In this document: piece by piece, positions 9,472-20,549 of the stretch
How positions within the stretch are numbered: the stretch's first letter is position 1
How the letters are laid out: each line of letters opens with the position of its first letter
Assembly (NCBI GenBank): GCA_963789265.1
Contig: CAWBKB010000001.1
Span: forward strand, 704,001 to 768,000
Direction: 5' to 3'
Length of the DNA stretch: 64,000 bases
From: an uncultured delta proteobacterium
GTDB lineage: Bacteria > Desulfobacterota > Desulfomonilia > Desulfomonilales > Desulfomonilaceae
The notes under the pieces: model-generated
Databases searched by the model: none
Seen by the model: only the letters and a program-made list of their open reading frames with translations
Told to the model about the DNA's origin: nothing
Made by a program: the position numbers and the translations under genes

Positions 9472-10323
9472 ATGAATGTCCAAGTAAGCCGAAGCGTGGT
9501 CTACGACTGGCTGCGCCATGACAAGAAATTTCCCCATGTCTGGTGTCCCGGATGCGGCCTTGGGATACTGCTGGGTTCGCTCGTTCGAGCTTTCGTGCAA
9601 AGCGGCCTGACCAAAGATGAAGTTGCTTTGGTGTCCGGCATCGGCTGCGCGGGGAGATTGCCGGTTTACGTGGATGTGGGCAGCGTCCACACGACTCACG
9701 GTCGGGCGCTCACGTTCGCTACCGGCATCAAGCTTGCCAAGCCGGAACTCACGGTCGTAACCGTAATGGGAGACGGCGATGCACTGGCCATTGGCGGCAA
9801 TCATCTTATTCACGCGGCGCGGCGCAACGTAGACATTGTCGCTATAGTGGTCAATAATCAGACTTACGGCATGACCGGCGGACAATATAGTCCTACGACT
9901 CCATTGGGCTCGAAAGCGTCCACCGCCTGGTTCGGGACCATTGAACCCTCTTTTGATATTGGTGCCCTGTGCGTTACCGCAGGGGCCGTATTCGTGGGCC
10001 GTACCACGGTTTATCATGTGGACCGCATGGATAGGCTTCTAGCGCAGGCATTAAGCAAACGTGGATTCAGCGTTGTGGAGGTCTTATCCCCCTGCTACAC
10101 GAATTTCGGCAGGCAGAATCGCCTGGGCTCGCACGTGGAGATGATGAAGCAATACAAGGAGCGCGGGGTTCCGGTTCAACGATGGGAAAAGATGAGTGAA
10201 TCGGAACGTGCCGGGCGCTTTCCGATAGGTGTCCTCGCGGACAGGGAATTGCCCACATTTCTCGATTCCTATCGCCGCGCGTGTGAGATTGCGGCAAAAT
10301 GGCGCGCGGAGGGGAAAATATGA
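9472..10323 (+). CDS. korB: 2-oxoacid:ferredoxin oxidoreductase beta subunit (TPP-binding)
   Basis: WCPGCG, SGIGC, HTTHGRA, GDGD...NNQTYGMTGGQ. Confidence 0.93.
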   Translation: MNVQVSRSVVYDWLRHDKKFPHVWCPGCGLGILLGSLVRAFVQSGLTKDEVALVSGIGCAGRLPVYVDVGSVHTTHGRALTFATGIKLAKPELTVVTVMGDGDALAIGGNHLIHAARRNVDIVAIVVNNQTYGMTGGQYSPTTPLGSKASTAWFGTIEPSFDIGALCVTAGAVFVGRTTVYHVDRMDRLLAQALSKRGFSVVEVLSPCYTNFGRQNRLGSHVEMMKQYKERGVPVQRWEKMSESERAGRFPIGVLADRELPTFLDSYRRACEIAAKWRAEGKI

Positions 10324-10936
10324 GAAACAAGGTTTCACCTTCATTGCCGGTGCCGCGAGTAGAGGTCCGATTTGCGGGCTCGGGTGGACAAGGAGTGATA
10401 TTGGCAGGCATGGTCCTGGCTGAAGCCGCAGGGGTCTTCGACGGACGTGAAGTTGCAATGGTTCAGTCTGTACGGTCCGGAAGCCCGCGGTGGAACCAGC
10501 AAAGCCGAGGTGATTATCAGTGATTTCCCCATCGACTACCCGCTGTGCACTCAGGTTGACCTATTCGTTGGCTCTGAACCAGGAAGCCTGCGACGCCTAT
10601 TGCTGGGACCTTAAGCCCAATGCGTGGATCGTCGTGGACCGCGACCTTATCACACATCCTCCCACCAGTCGGGCCATTGCTTTACCCTTTACAGCGGTAG
10701 CTCGGGATAAACTGAAGAGAATCATGGTGGCTAATGTTGTGGCCCTTGGAGCCATTTCCGAACTTACAGGGATCGTCACGAGACGCTCGCTGGAAAGGTC
10801 TCTGCTAAGCCGTGTGCCGCGAGGCACCGAAGAGCTGAACAAAAAGGCCCTCAGTCTGGGCGTGAAGCTCGTACGTCACACCGAAGGGCAAAACGACGCC
10901 GAGGAGAGCCGGGATCCCGGGGTAGAGAGCACTTAA
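10320..10936 (+). CDS. korC: 2-oxoacid:ferredoxin oxidoreductase gamma subunit, apparent frameshifts at ~10470 and ~10570
   Basis: RFAGSGGQGV...QS/YGPEARGGTSKAEVIIS...LFV/ALNQEA...MVANVVALGA is restored by removing two extra Gs. Confidence 0.85.
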
Positions 10937-11034
10937 CGAGAGACAAAAAGGTTCTGGAGCGGTTGCCAAAGAAAATGTCCGCGTGGGCGCTCGATGCTTA
11001 GAATGCGAAGGGTCAACGTAGTGTGGGTTTTGCT

Positions 11035-11355
11035 GTCATTCCCGCGTATGCGGAAATTGAGTAGGTCGGCCCGTGGCCGTCCCGCGCTTCGCGGGATCGG
11101 GCACGGCCCGACTTACACCTGGATCGTAGTCCTGGGTGATCCCGCTGAACGTGGAGCAAGTCGGACATAAGTTTTGGCAACTACTATGATCGCAGTGCCG
11201 GTGAGCGTGGGAAAGAGATCTCCAGACCTTCGGCTTGATGGGATGAGCATGCTGCGCAGCAGGTCGGCTCAGTGGGATGAGCATCTTGCCCGCCGGGTCG
11301 TCATACCCGCGTACGCGGGAATTCAGAGACCTGTGGGGCAGGTTTTCCAACCTGC
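11035..11355. repeat. Cluster of REP-like palindromes
   Basis: gtcattcccgcgtatgcggaaatt, gtaggtcgg..cccgacttac, gtcatacccgcgtacgcgggaatt, gcaggttttccaacctgc. Confidence 0.6.
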
Positions 11356-11498
11356 CGGAAACGCGTTTTGGGAAATCGGACAAAAAAATGGGCACTTGTT
11401 GTAGCTGACGACTTTCTTCCGAGACTCAGAGTTGATATTCTGCCCGCATGCCGCCCTCCACACGCCAACGATTCCGAAGTCCGAACGGAGACGCAGAG

Positions 11499-14240
11499 AT
11501 GAAAGACGAAGACAGGTCCCGAGAACAACTCCTCGGAGAATTGGAGAACCTGCGCGGACGCGTTGCTCAATTGGAAAGAGCAGAAGAGGCTAAGCTCGGG
11601 GCCGCGGACAAGGTCGGCAGAGAGAGTGAAGAGCGTTTTCGTTCACTATTCGACAATATGCTTGAAGGCTTTGCCCACTGCAAGATGATTTTTGAAGGCG
11701 GTAAGCCGATAGATTTTGTCTATCTCAGTGTTAACTCAGCATTCGAAAGATTGACAGGTCTGCAAAATGTCGGCGGCAAGAAAGTGACGGAAGTGATACC
11801 GGGCATCAAGGCTTCCAATCCTGAATTATTTGAGATCTATGGAAGAGTAGCTTTGACCGGAGACCCGGAAAAGTTCGAAACCTATATAGATTCTCTGGGA
11901 ATTTGGTTTTCTATCTCCGTGTATAGCACTGAAAGAGAGCACTTTGTCGCAGTGTTTGACAATATCACCGATCGGAAACGAACCGAGGAAACACTGCGGG
12001 AAAGCGAGGAGAAATATCGTCTGGTCGTGGACAATGTTCACGAGGCAATACTTGTTGTTCAAGACAAAAAGCTCCAATTTGCGAATACGGCTGCCATAGA
12101 TAGTCTGTCATACAGCGCTGAAGAGTTGCTCTCCACCCCTCTTGCAGAATTCATTCACCCTGACGACAGGGGGCTGGTTCTCGGACGCTATCTGGCAAGG
12201 ATGAAAGGAGAAGATGTACCAAGCCGCTATTCCTTCAGGATGTTGTGCAAAGACGGAACAGAGAGATGGGTCGAAATCGAGTCCAGTTTGATTTCCTGGG
12301 AAGCAAGGCCCGCGGCCCTGGTCTTCCTGGTTGACATCACCGAACGCGTGCGAATGGAAGAGGCTCTTAAAGAGAGCGAGGAACGATACCGAACTCTTGT
12401 GGAGCAGAGCTTTGATGGCGTGTTTTTCTACAAAGGGCCCAAGATCGTTTTTGCCAACCGGCGCCTCCATGAGATGTTTGGATATGCCCAAGGGCAATTG
12501 GAAGGAATAGATCACTTGCTGTTGTGTCATCCCGATCACCGGAAGTTCGTTCGCGAAAGGATTTTGGCGCGATTGCGGGGCGAAGAAGTGGTTTCACGGT
12601 ACGAGATCGTGTTTCAGCGGAAAGACGGCTCAACTTTTGAGGGGCAGATCAATGCAAAAATGGTAAAGATAAGGGGAGAGGCGGGCATACAAGTGTGGGT
12701 GAGGGATCTGTCGGAACAAAGGAGTGCCGAGAAGGTTCAGAGGCGTTTGGCCACGGCCGTGGAACAAGCGGCGGAAGCAATAGTCATCACCGACCTCAAG
12801 GGTAACATAGAATACGTTAACCCCGCCTTCACTCGCGTCACCGGTTACGCTGAGGAAGAAGTGATGGGGGAGAAGCCTAGCTTACTTCGATTTGGTGACG
12901 TCGGCCCGGAATTTTATGAGGAGGTGAAACAAATCTTTTTCAGAGGGGAGTCCTGGGCCGGCCGTTTGAGCAAGAAGCGCAAAGACGGCACCCCTTACGA
13001 GGAAGATGTCACCGTCAGCCCGGTGCGGGATCAGTCAGGCCGAATCGTTAATGTGGTCATCGTAAAGCGTGACGTAACGAATGAGGTGCGTCTACAGAAA
13101 CAGCTTCTCCATGCTCAAAAGATGGAAGCAGTCGGTACCCTGGCAGGGGGAATTGCACACGACTTCAACAATCTCCTCCAGGTCACTCTGGGATATTCAG
13201 AATTGTTACTCACCTCAAAAGACGAAGAAGACCCGGAATACGAAGATCTCTCCAGAATACTTCAGGCGGCCAAAAGTGGGGCCGAGCTTGTGCAGAGACT
13301 GCTCACATTCAGCCGAAAGGTGGAACCCAGGGCCGTCCTCTTGAATCTCAACAAGCACATCGTGCAAGTGCAGAAACTGTTGCGGCGGACTCTTCCCAAG
13401 ATGATAGATATACAGACGGATTTGTCCGGCGACCTTGCGGAAATCAATGCCGACCCAATTCAAATGGAACAAGTGCTGATGAATTTGGCGGTCAACGCGA
13501 GTGATGCCATGCCGAATCGCGGCAAACTCATCCTTGAAACAAAGAATGTCACGCTTGATGAGGAATATTGCCGGACGAATGTTGCAACTCATCCCGGAGA
13601 ATATGTGTTATTGAGGGTTTCGGACACCGGCCAGGGAATGGAAAAGAAAACCATCGAGCACATATTTGAGCCGTTTTACACCACCAAAGAGTTGGGGAGA
13701 GGAACCGGGCTGGGCCTTGCGATGGTTTACGGAATTGTCAAGCAGCATGGAGGTTTCATAACCTGTTACAGCGAAGTCGGCAGAGGCACGGCTTTCAGTG
13801 CCTTTTTCCCGGCCATGGGGAAACCTACGGACTCGGAAGTGAAGAAGATTGGAGAAATCCCCGCATCCGGAACGGAAACTATTCTCCTGGTCGACGATGA
13901 ACCACCCGTACGTGAATTGGGCGAGCGCATTCTTGCTAAGGCCGGATACACGGTACTTGTGGCAGGCAATGGCATCGAGGCTCGTGACCTATTTATAGGG
14001 AACGGGAAACAAATAGCTCTAGTAATACTTGACCTGGTAATGCCCGATATGGGAGGCCAGGAGTGTCTGTGCGAGCTTCTTAAGATCGATCCTCGAGCAA
14101 AAATCCTCGTGGCCAGCGGCTATTCGCCTGACGACGGCATGAGGGGCATCCTCGAACTCGGCGCAAGGGGATTCGTCCACAAGCCCTTCAGATTTAAGGA
14201 GTTGCTCCAACAGGTCCGTGAAGTACTTGATGAAATGTGA
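11499..14240 (+). CDS. Multi-PAS hybrid sensor histidine kinase/response regulator
   Basis: Four PAS-like segments; 'AGGIAHDFNNLL' H-box; N/G1/F/G2 boxes; C-terminal receiver (LLVDDE...LDLVMP...KPF). Confidence 0.95.
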   Translation: MKDEDRSREQLLGELENLRGRVAQLERAEEAKLGAADKVGRESEERFRSLFDNMLEGFAHCKMIFEGGKPIDFVYLSVNSAFERLTGLQNVGGKKVTEVIPGIKASNPELFEIYGRVALTGDPEKFETYIDSLGIWFSISVYSTEREHFVAVFDNITDRKRTEETLRESEEKYRLVVDNVHEAILVVQDKKLQFANTAAIDSLSYSAEELLSTPLAEFIHPDDRGLVLGRYLARMKGEDVPSRYSFRMLCKDGTERWVEIESSLISWEARPAALVFLVDITERVRMEEALKESEERYRTLVEQSFDGVFFYKGPKIVFANRRLHEMFGYAQGQLEGIDHLLLCHPDHRKFVRERILARLRGEEVVSRYEIVFQRKDGSTFEGQINAKMVKIRGEAGIQVWVRDLSEQRSAEKVQRRLATAVEQAAEAIVITDLKGNIEYVNPAFTRVTGYAEEEVMGEKPSLLRFGDVGPEFYEEVKQIFFRGESWAGRLSKKRKDGTPYEEDVTVSPVRDQSGRIVNVVIVKRDVTNEVRLQKQLLHAQKMEAVGTLAGGIAHDFNNLLQVTLGYSELLLTSKDEEDPEYEDLSRILQAAKSGAELVQRLLTFSRKVEPRAVLLNLNKHIVQVQKLLRRTLPKMIDIQTDLSGDLAEINADPIQMEQVLMNLAVNASDAMPNRGKLILETKNVTLDEEYCRTNVATHPGEYVLLRVSDTGQGMEKKTIEHIFEPFYTTKELGRGTGLGLAMVYGIVKQHGGFITCYSEVGRGTAFSAFFPAMGKPTDSEVKKIGEIPASGTETILLVDDEPPVRELGERILAKAGYTVLVAGNGIEARDLFIGNGKQIALVILDLVMPDMGGQECLCELLKIDPRAKILVASGYSPDDGMRGILELGARGFVHKPFRFKELLQQVREVLDEM

Positions 14241-14295
14241 TTCGTTCGCTATTCGTTGGTTGCTACGAGCAATGCTTTTGGAATTGAGAGAGGCA

Positions 14296-14695
14296 TCAGT
14301 TTATTTCTAACGCTTTCTTGACGGCTTGAATCAACTGCTTGATGTCATAAGGTTTATTCACAACACCCCGTGTGTGCTTTTTGACCGCGTCTTTAAGCTC
14401 ATCCTCGGCCGAAGCACCCGTAGCGATGAGGACGTTCACGGCGGGATTGATTTTCAGCAGTTCCTGGAGACACTCTTTACCTCCCATCTCAGGCATGACG
14501 AGATCCAATATCACTAATGCAATCTTGTTTTGCTCGCTTTTGTATACTTGTAGGGCCTCGTTTCCATTGACGGCGGTTAGAACATCGGTACCCGCCCGTT
14601 CGGAGGATGCGTTCAGCCACGTCTCTTACATAATCGTCATCGTCTACCAAAAGGATGGTCTCTGGGCCTTCCGTGGCAAACGCAGACTCTGACAT
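14296..14695 (-). CDS. Single-domain response regulator, apparent frameshift at ~14590
   Basis: ETILLVDDD...GY/DVLTAVNG...ILDLVMPEMGG...KPY across two frames; similar to the receiver domain of the convergent kinase. Confidence 0.8.
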
Positions 14696-15019
14696 GCGAT
14701 CACATCCCTGTATGCCTCCGACATGAAAAGAGCGACTCCAAATGCAGTCAACCTTTAGATGTACACAACTAAACTAATTCTTAAATCGTTTTAGTCAAGT
14801 TCGAGATTAAAATATCTCCGGGCGGATGACTCTCCGGGAATTATACCGATTCGCCTTCAAGCAAGTGGCACCGTGCTTCCGGTAGGGGCGGCCTCCGCGC
14901 GGGGCGGCCCGCAATACCCTTTCAAGGTTTGTCGCTTGTTCGAAGCCGCATTGCTATCATAATAAGGGCAGGCCTTGATAGGGAAAGGGGATGACATCCC
15001 CCACAATTTGTGCTCTCTG

Positions 15020-15898
15020 TCAGTGTGAGGACACGTGCCTCGTGCCCCGATCGGCTGGGATTTGAAGCACCCTGTACAGAAAAGAAATCAGCTTCTCGAA
15101 TGAGTCAGCCAACACCGGCTTCTGGGAGGGGTATTCAATTCTGGGGTCAAAATAGACGGTGAACATGTGTTTTTGACCGGGATAAATATGCATTTCAAAG
15201 TATCGGCCGTATTGCTGTAGCTTGGCCGCCAATTGCTTTGCGTACTTCACGTCGTACACGTCGTCGTCTTCCCCGTGGAAGATCAACACTGGGGGCAGAC
15301 AGCGAGGATCGTAAGGCGTTATCCAAGGTTCCCCGCCATAGTTCCACACAACTGCCTTGATTCGCGGATCCCTACAAGCATACGTCAGAGCCGCGTTGGC
15401 AGGCTGAGAGAACCCTTCCAGAACGATCCTGTTGGGGTCCACTACAGGCCAATTATAGAGGTAATCGACGGCAGCGCGAATCGACTGTAGGTACCATTCA
15501 TCCGTAAAAAAGAGTTTTGCCGCTACGACGCCCTGCGCCACCGCGCCCTTTGCATAACCGAGCCCCCTGTCCCACGCAATTGGGCCGGGTGATAAGGATT
15601 CGGGATAATTCGACGGGTCTATGATGATGACCGCGAAGTTGCGATTCGCTAGATTTTGGCAGTAAACGTGGTATTGAAGGAAGACTTGAGATCCTACGCC
15701 CACGCCGACCACTACCCCGGGAATCCGTGTCTTGACTGGATGGTCCGGAAGGAAACAATAGGCCGGCAACGTCTTGCCGTTTTGCAGGGGAATATAAGTC
15801 TTGAACTTCCCCGCATAACTGTTGGTGTTTAAAAAACTGAGGATCAGAACAAAAACCGCGACAGCGTACGCAGATCCACGGATGACTCTCAATTCCAT
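15020..15898 (-). CDS. Exported alpha/beta hydrolase (dienelactone hydrolase-like)
   Basis: Signal peptide; VDPNRI.L.GFSQ, PVLIFHGEDD, YPGQKHMF. Confidence 0.8.
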   Translation of the reverse strand: MELRVIRGSAYAVAVFVLILSFLNTNSYAGKFKTYIPLQNGKTLPAYCFLPDHPVKTRIPGVVVGVGVGSQVFLQYHVYCQNLANRNFAVIIIDPSNYPESLSPGPIAWDRGLGYAKGAVAQGVVAAKLFFTDEWYLQSIRAAVDYLYNWPVVDPNRIVLEGFSQPANAALTYACRDPRIKAVVWNYGGEPWITPYDPRCLPPVLIFHGEDDDVYDVKYAKQLAAKLQQYGRYFEMHIYPGQKHMFTVYFDPRIEYPSQKPVLADSFEKLISFLYRVLQIPADRGTRHVSSH

Positions 15899-16010
15899 AC
15901 TCCTTCAAATTGCAAAACACAAGGTAACGACGGCGACAGTATCACCATCTGCCAAAAATGTCAAGAAACTCATAAGGATGCAAAAATACTCTAAGTATCC
16001 GTCTTGCTTT

Positions 16011-16786
16011 TTACGGCCGGGAATCTCGGGCTCGTAACACGGCTTCCCGGAAGTCTGCGAAAGTAATCTTCATAAAGCTATTGAACCATCGTTCGTAGTT
16101 GAGTTTTCCCGCATGCGGGGGAATCGTGTGATCTCGATCTTCCGGGCAGAGGCGGTAAGGTTCGCCTTCCTGAGAAAGGCGCCCCGGCGCGCAGGCGAGG
16201 CGAGCGGGGACCATGTACAATTTCTGAGTGGAATATGCTTTCATCATGTCGTATTTGCAGCGAATGGCATCATCAGGCAATGGATTGTACATGACCGCGG
16301 GCCCGCCCGGCGGAAAATGGTTAATACGCCACTTCCAGTGAAAAAAGTCTCCGGTGCCGTTGTACAAGGGAACTCGAGAAGCTGAGGCTTGATCCCGATC
16401 CTGGCCGAACATTCGTGCGCCAGAAAATTCACCGAATCATGGTCCGGATGGCCCCCTTCATAAGCGTCTACGAAGATGACGTCCGGCCTCACTTCGTTAA
16501 GCAAATTGGCCGCGCAATCTACTGCATCTTCAAGCAACGAAACCAACCCCAGATCGGGAATCCTCAGCAAATGCGTGCGGGATTGATCCAGCCCCAGAAC
16601 GTCCATTGATCGTTTGAGTTCGGACTCTCTGATTTCCCTTTTTGTAAAGCGATTGCCCGATGTCGCCCAAGCCGCGTGGATATCGGCTCCTGAGTCTAAT
16701 AGGAGCTTCATGGTGCCCGAGATCACTACCTCGTCATCCGGATGGGCGAACAGGAAAAAATATTTTGCGTCTGGGCTCAACTTCAT
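16011..16786 (-). CDS. PIG-L/LmbE-family deacetylase, apparent frameshift at ~16370
   Basis: AHPDDE, R..E, GGHPDHD, and 'KYDMMKAYSTQ' in the second frame. Confidence 0.8.
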
Positions 16787-16866
16787 ATTCTAGTCTATTT
16801 CTCGGCCGGACCTCTTACGATTGTCCACTTTGCCGGCACAATCTCGCATAGGTGCAATTGCAGCCG

Positions 16867-17181
16867 TCAATGTATCAAGTGGGCACGGCCACCATCCGGA
16901 GAGGTTTTGAGATGGAGGTGCGAGTAGATGTCCTCCAGGAGGGCTTCCTTGCATGCAGGGCAAAGGACAAATACATCATCCTCGTAAACCTGACGGTTCA
17001 GATCTTCCTCGCTGTACGGTGAGACGCTTCTCAGGAGTTGTGTCAAGTCCGGCTCGCCGCTCTCTTCTTCCAATTCGGGAATTACTCCATCGAACATCGA
17101 CCGAACCCGTACGACGACCTGGTATTTGAGAGCCCCCTGGGGAAGACGACTTCCGCATCGTTGACAATGCATCCTGCTCAT
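16867..17181 (-). CDS. Hypothetical protein with two CxxC pairs (zinc-binding)
   Basis: CQRC near the N-terminus and LCPAC near the C-terminus. Confidence 0.7.
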   Translation of the reverse strand: MSRMHCQRCGSRLPQGALKYQVVVRVRSMFDGVIPELEEESGEPDLTQLLRSVSPYSEEDLNRQVYEDDVFVLCPACKEALLEDIYSHLHLKTSPDGGRAHLIH

Positions 17182-17185
17182 GACA

Positions 17186-17214
17186 TTGACAGAACCTCCC
17201 GGTCAGATTATAAA
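17186..17214 (+). promoter_or_regulatory. Sigma70-type promoter upstream of hemB
   Basis: TTGACA-17 nt-TATAAA. Confidence 0.55.
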
Positions 17215-17253
17215 AAAAACGTTGCCGGTGCGCCAGCAAAATCATCGGAGATC

Positions 17254-18255
17254 ATGATGCATTTCCCTGAATACAGAGCCAGAAGGCTCCGGAGGACCGA
17301 AACCCTCCGAAGCATGGTGCGGGAAGTTCAACTGGATCCCCAGGATTTCATTCTCCCTTTTTTTGTCAGACCGGGCAAAGGAGTGAAGAGTCCTATTGCC
17401 AGTATGCCGGGACACTTCCAACTCTCACCCGACATGGTCATACGGGAGCTGAAAGAGCCTGTGGACAGAGGCATGCCTTCCATTCTGCTTTTTGGGATTC
17501 CGGAGAAAAAGGACCCCACCGGGTCGGAAGCCTACGCTAAAAACGGAATTATCCAGCGGACAGTGCGCGAGGTCAAGAACGCTTTTCCTCACCTGGTGGT
17601 GGTAACGGATGTTTGCCTCTGCGAATATACCGATCACGGCCATTGCGGAGTAATCCGAGACCAGGATGTGGACAATGACCTAACGCTGGAACTCCTCGCC
17701 AAGATGGCACTTTCACATGCTCAGTCAGGGGTGGACATTGTCGCGCCCAGCGACATGATGGACGGGCGCGTAGGCGCAATTAGGGAAGCTCTGGACGAAG
17801 GAGGATTCGACTGGCTTCCTATAATGGCCTACTCGGCAAAGTATGCTTCCGCCTTCTATGGGCCTTTTCGTGATGCCGCCGAATCCCCCCCCAAGTTCGG
17901 TGATCGCCGTTCGTACCAAATGGATCCGGCCAATTCAGATGAAGCCATCCGCGAGGTGGCGATGGATGTGGATGAAGGAGCCGACCTGATAATGGTCAAG
18001 CCGGCTTTGCCATACTTGGATGTTATCTGGCGTGTACGCAATTCGTTTGATCTGCCGCTGGTTGCTTACAATGTGAGCGGAGAATTTGCCATGATAAAGG
18101 CAGCGGCACAGAACGGCTGGATAGACGGAGATCTTTGCATGATGGAAGCCTTGACCTCCATCAAAAGAGCCGGTGCGGACCTGATAATTTCCTATCATGC
18201 CTTGGAAGCCGTCCGCATCCTTCAAGAGGGGACCCGAACTTCGAGGACAAAGTGA
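17254..18255 (+). CDS. hemB: Porphobilinogen synthase
   Basis: [42 protein letters not shown]. Confidence 0.97.
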   Translation: MMHFPEYRARRLRRTETLRSMVREVQLDPQDFILPFFVRPGKGVKSPIASMPGHFQLSPDMVIRELKEPVDRGMPSILLFGIPEKKDPTGSEAYAKNGIIQRTVREVKNAFPHLVVVTDVCLCEYTDHGHCGVIRDQDVDNDLTLELLAKMALSHAQSGVDIVAPSDMMDGRVGAIREALDEGGFDWLPIMAYSAKYASAFYGPFRDAAESPPKFGDRRSYQMDPANSDEAIREVAMDVDEGADLIMVKPALPYLDVIWRVRNSFDLPLVAYNVSGEFAMIKAAAQNGWIDGDLCMMEALTSIKRAGADLIISYHALEAVRILQEGTRTSRTK

Positions 18256-19325
18256 TCCCTTCGCAATTGAGATTAGTCGCCTGGGAGATGACCCGGGCCT
18301 GTAATCTGGCCTGCGTACATTGCCGAGCCGGTGCATGCTCGCAACCCGATCCCGAACAGCTTAGCCTTGCGGAAGGCCGGTCGCTCATCGACGGCATTGC
18401 AAAGGTCGGCAAACCCATACTCATCATGACAGGAGGTGAACCCCTGCTGCGGTCGGATTTTTTCGATCTGGCGGCTTACGCTAATGCAGTGGGTTTGAGA
18501 GCTGTTCTCGCCACAAACGGGGTACTGGTAACACGTGAAGTTGCCGGTGAAATTGCTTCCGTAGGGATACCACGGGTAAGTATCAGCCTGGACGGCCCCA
18601 CTGCGGAGGAGCATGACGCTTTCCGGAAGGTCCCGGGCGCTTTTGAATCGTCTCTTGCCGGCGTGGAAAATTTGCGTAAGGCCGGGGTATCAGTTCAGAT
18701 CAATACCACCCTCACAAGGCGCAATTGCAGGCAATTGGGCCAAATCATGAATCTGGCTCAAGAGATCGGCGCTGATGCCTTTCATGTCTTTCTCCTGGTA
18801 CCAACGGGGCGGGCCAGGGATATGGTCGGCGAAGAGATGGGGCCTCGGGAGTACAGGGGAAACCTTGCTCGAATTCTACAGACTGGCAAGGGCTTCCAAA
18901 CTTGAGACTAAGGCCACATGTGCTCCGCAATACTATAGGATTCTCAGGCAACAAGCCAAGATCGAGGGCTTGGAGGTGTCCGAGCAGACATTCGGGCTCA
19001 ATGCCCGCACTCGTGGTTGCCTCGGAGGCATCTCCTTCGTATTCGTGTCCCACAAAGGGGAATTGCAGCCATGCGGTTACTTCGACGTCCAGGCCGGAAG
19101 CGTTCGGGAGTCGGAGTTTTCAGATCTGTGGGAAAATGCGCCGCTGTTTAAAGATCTGCGCCAATTAAGCCTCCTCGAGGGAAAATGCGGAAAGTGCGAC
19201 TTTCTGAGATCTTGCGGCGGCTGCCGGGCCCGAGCATTCGAGCTGACAGGGAGGTACATGTCCGAGGAGCCGTACCTGCCGCGTATCAGCCGCCTGCTTT
19301 GCGAAGAATCGGGACCGCAACCTGA
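18252..19325 (+). CDS. ahbD: Radical SAM/SPASM heme b synthase of the siroheme pathway, apparent frameshifts at ~18856 and ~19278
   Basis: [62 protein letters not shown]; overlaps the hemB stop. Confidence 0.8.
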
Positions 19326-19523
19326 GCACGCCTTCACTGGCGTGAACTTCGAGTGAGACTCACGGGCCGTTAAGGACTTCGGAGCGGGATTGGTGGGACA
19401 GGCATCTTGCCCGTCTCTGAAAGAATGACAGGCAAGATGCCTGTCCCACTGTGGCCTTGTACATGTCCGCAACTCGTGCAATCGGGCATTTACTCAAATC
19501 CCACACTGTTTTCGGAGGAATGG

Positions 19524-20153
19524 ATGATCATCGAGCAGATTCAAGTCGGAAGCTTCGAAATATTTTGCTACATACTAGGAGACCCTGAAGCAGGGGAAGG
19601 CATCATCATAGACCCCGGCGGAGCCCCGGAGCCGATCGTGAAAAGGGCCCAGAGCCGAGGCGTCAGTAAGATAAAATGGATCGTCAATACCCACAGCCAC
19701 GTGGATCACATAGCAGGGAACAAGCGTATGCAGGACGCTACAGGAGCACCCATTGCAATCCACGAGGCTGACGCAGGTGCTTTGTCTCGTCCAAACATGA
19801 GCATGCTCGCAATGTTTAATGGAGAGCCTTCTCCACCCCCCGGCCTTTTGCTCAAGGATGGCGACACTATCTCTTTTGGCAATCAATCCGTAAAGGTCAT
19901 CCATACTCCGGGACACTCCCCGGGGGGGATCTGTCTATATTTTCCAGGATACGTGATTACGGGCGACACCCTCTTTGTAGGCGGTGTGGGGCGAACCGAT
20001 CTGCCGGGCGGTTCGTACCAGGTGCTTCAGTCTTCAATTCGCGAAAGACTGTTCACGCTACCTGAGGACACGATCGTACTCCCGGGTCACAACTACGGGT
20101 CGACTCTCACCTCGACCATAGCCAGAGAAAAGGCTGAGAACCAGTTTATCTGA
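19524..20153 (+). CDS. MBL-fold metallo-hydrolase (glyoxalase II-like)
   Basis: THSHVDH, HTPGHSPG, TGDTLF, GRTDL, PGH. Confidence 0.93.
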   Translation: MIIEQIQVGSFEIFCYILGDPEAGEGIIIDPGGAPEPIVKRAQSRGVSKIKWIVNTHSHVDHIAGNKRMQDATGAPIAIHEADAGALSRPNMSMLAMFNGEPSPPPGLLLKDGDTISFGNQSVKVIHTPGHSPGGICLYFPGYVITGDTLFVGGVGRTDLPGGSYQVLQSSIRERLFTLPEDTIVLPGHNYGSTLTSTIAREKAENQFI

Positions 20154-20166
20154 AAGATTGAATTTT

Positions 20167-20398
20167 GATTCGATTTCGCTTTCGAGCAAGTGACACCGTG
20201 TTTCTGGAGGGACAGGCATGCTGCCTGTCGTCATGCCCGCGGACGCGGTCCCGCGTTTCGGCGGACAGTAGGACCGGCCTCTGTGCCGGTTGTCCGCGAG
20301 CCGCCGGCAGGGGACGCCGGCGCTACTCCGGATCGGAGTCCGGGGTGATCCCACGGAACGCGGGACAGGCAGTCCCGCACGAAACAGCACGCCTAGTG
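20167..20398 (+). mobile_element. Degenerate MITE of the TAATACCGATTCGC family with REP cargo
   Basis: ttcgctttcgagcaagtgacaccgtgttt...gtcgtcatgcccgcg...gtccggggtga shared with the 43332 and 54119 copies. Confidence 0.6.
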
Positions 20399-20549
20399 GC
20401 TGTCATTGCGAGGGCCCAACCTACCAATTCTGCCGCGTCTCAGTCGTCAAGACCGGGACAAAACTGAGATGCTTTCACGAGGGACGCGGGATTCCTCCTC
20501 GCAATTGTAGAATGAAAGCGGGAAATTCCATTGAATGCTATCCTGTCGG

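Noticed and set aside
10465..10575. Programmed frameshifting in korC or other split genes
   Set aside because: No slippery heptamers are seen, and similar indels are scattered over unrelated genes.
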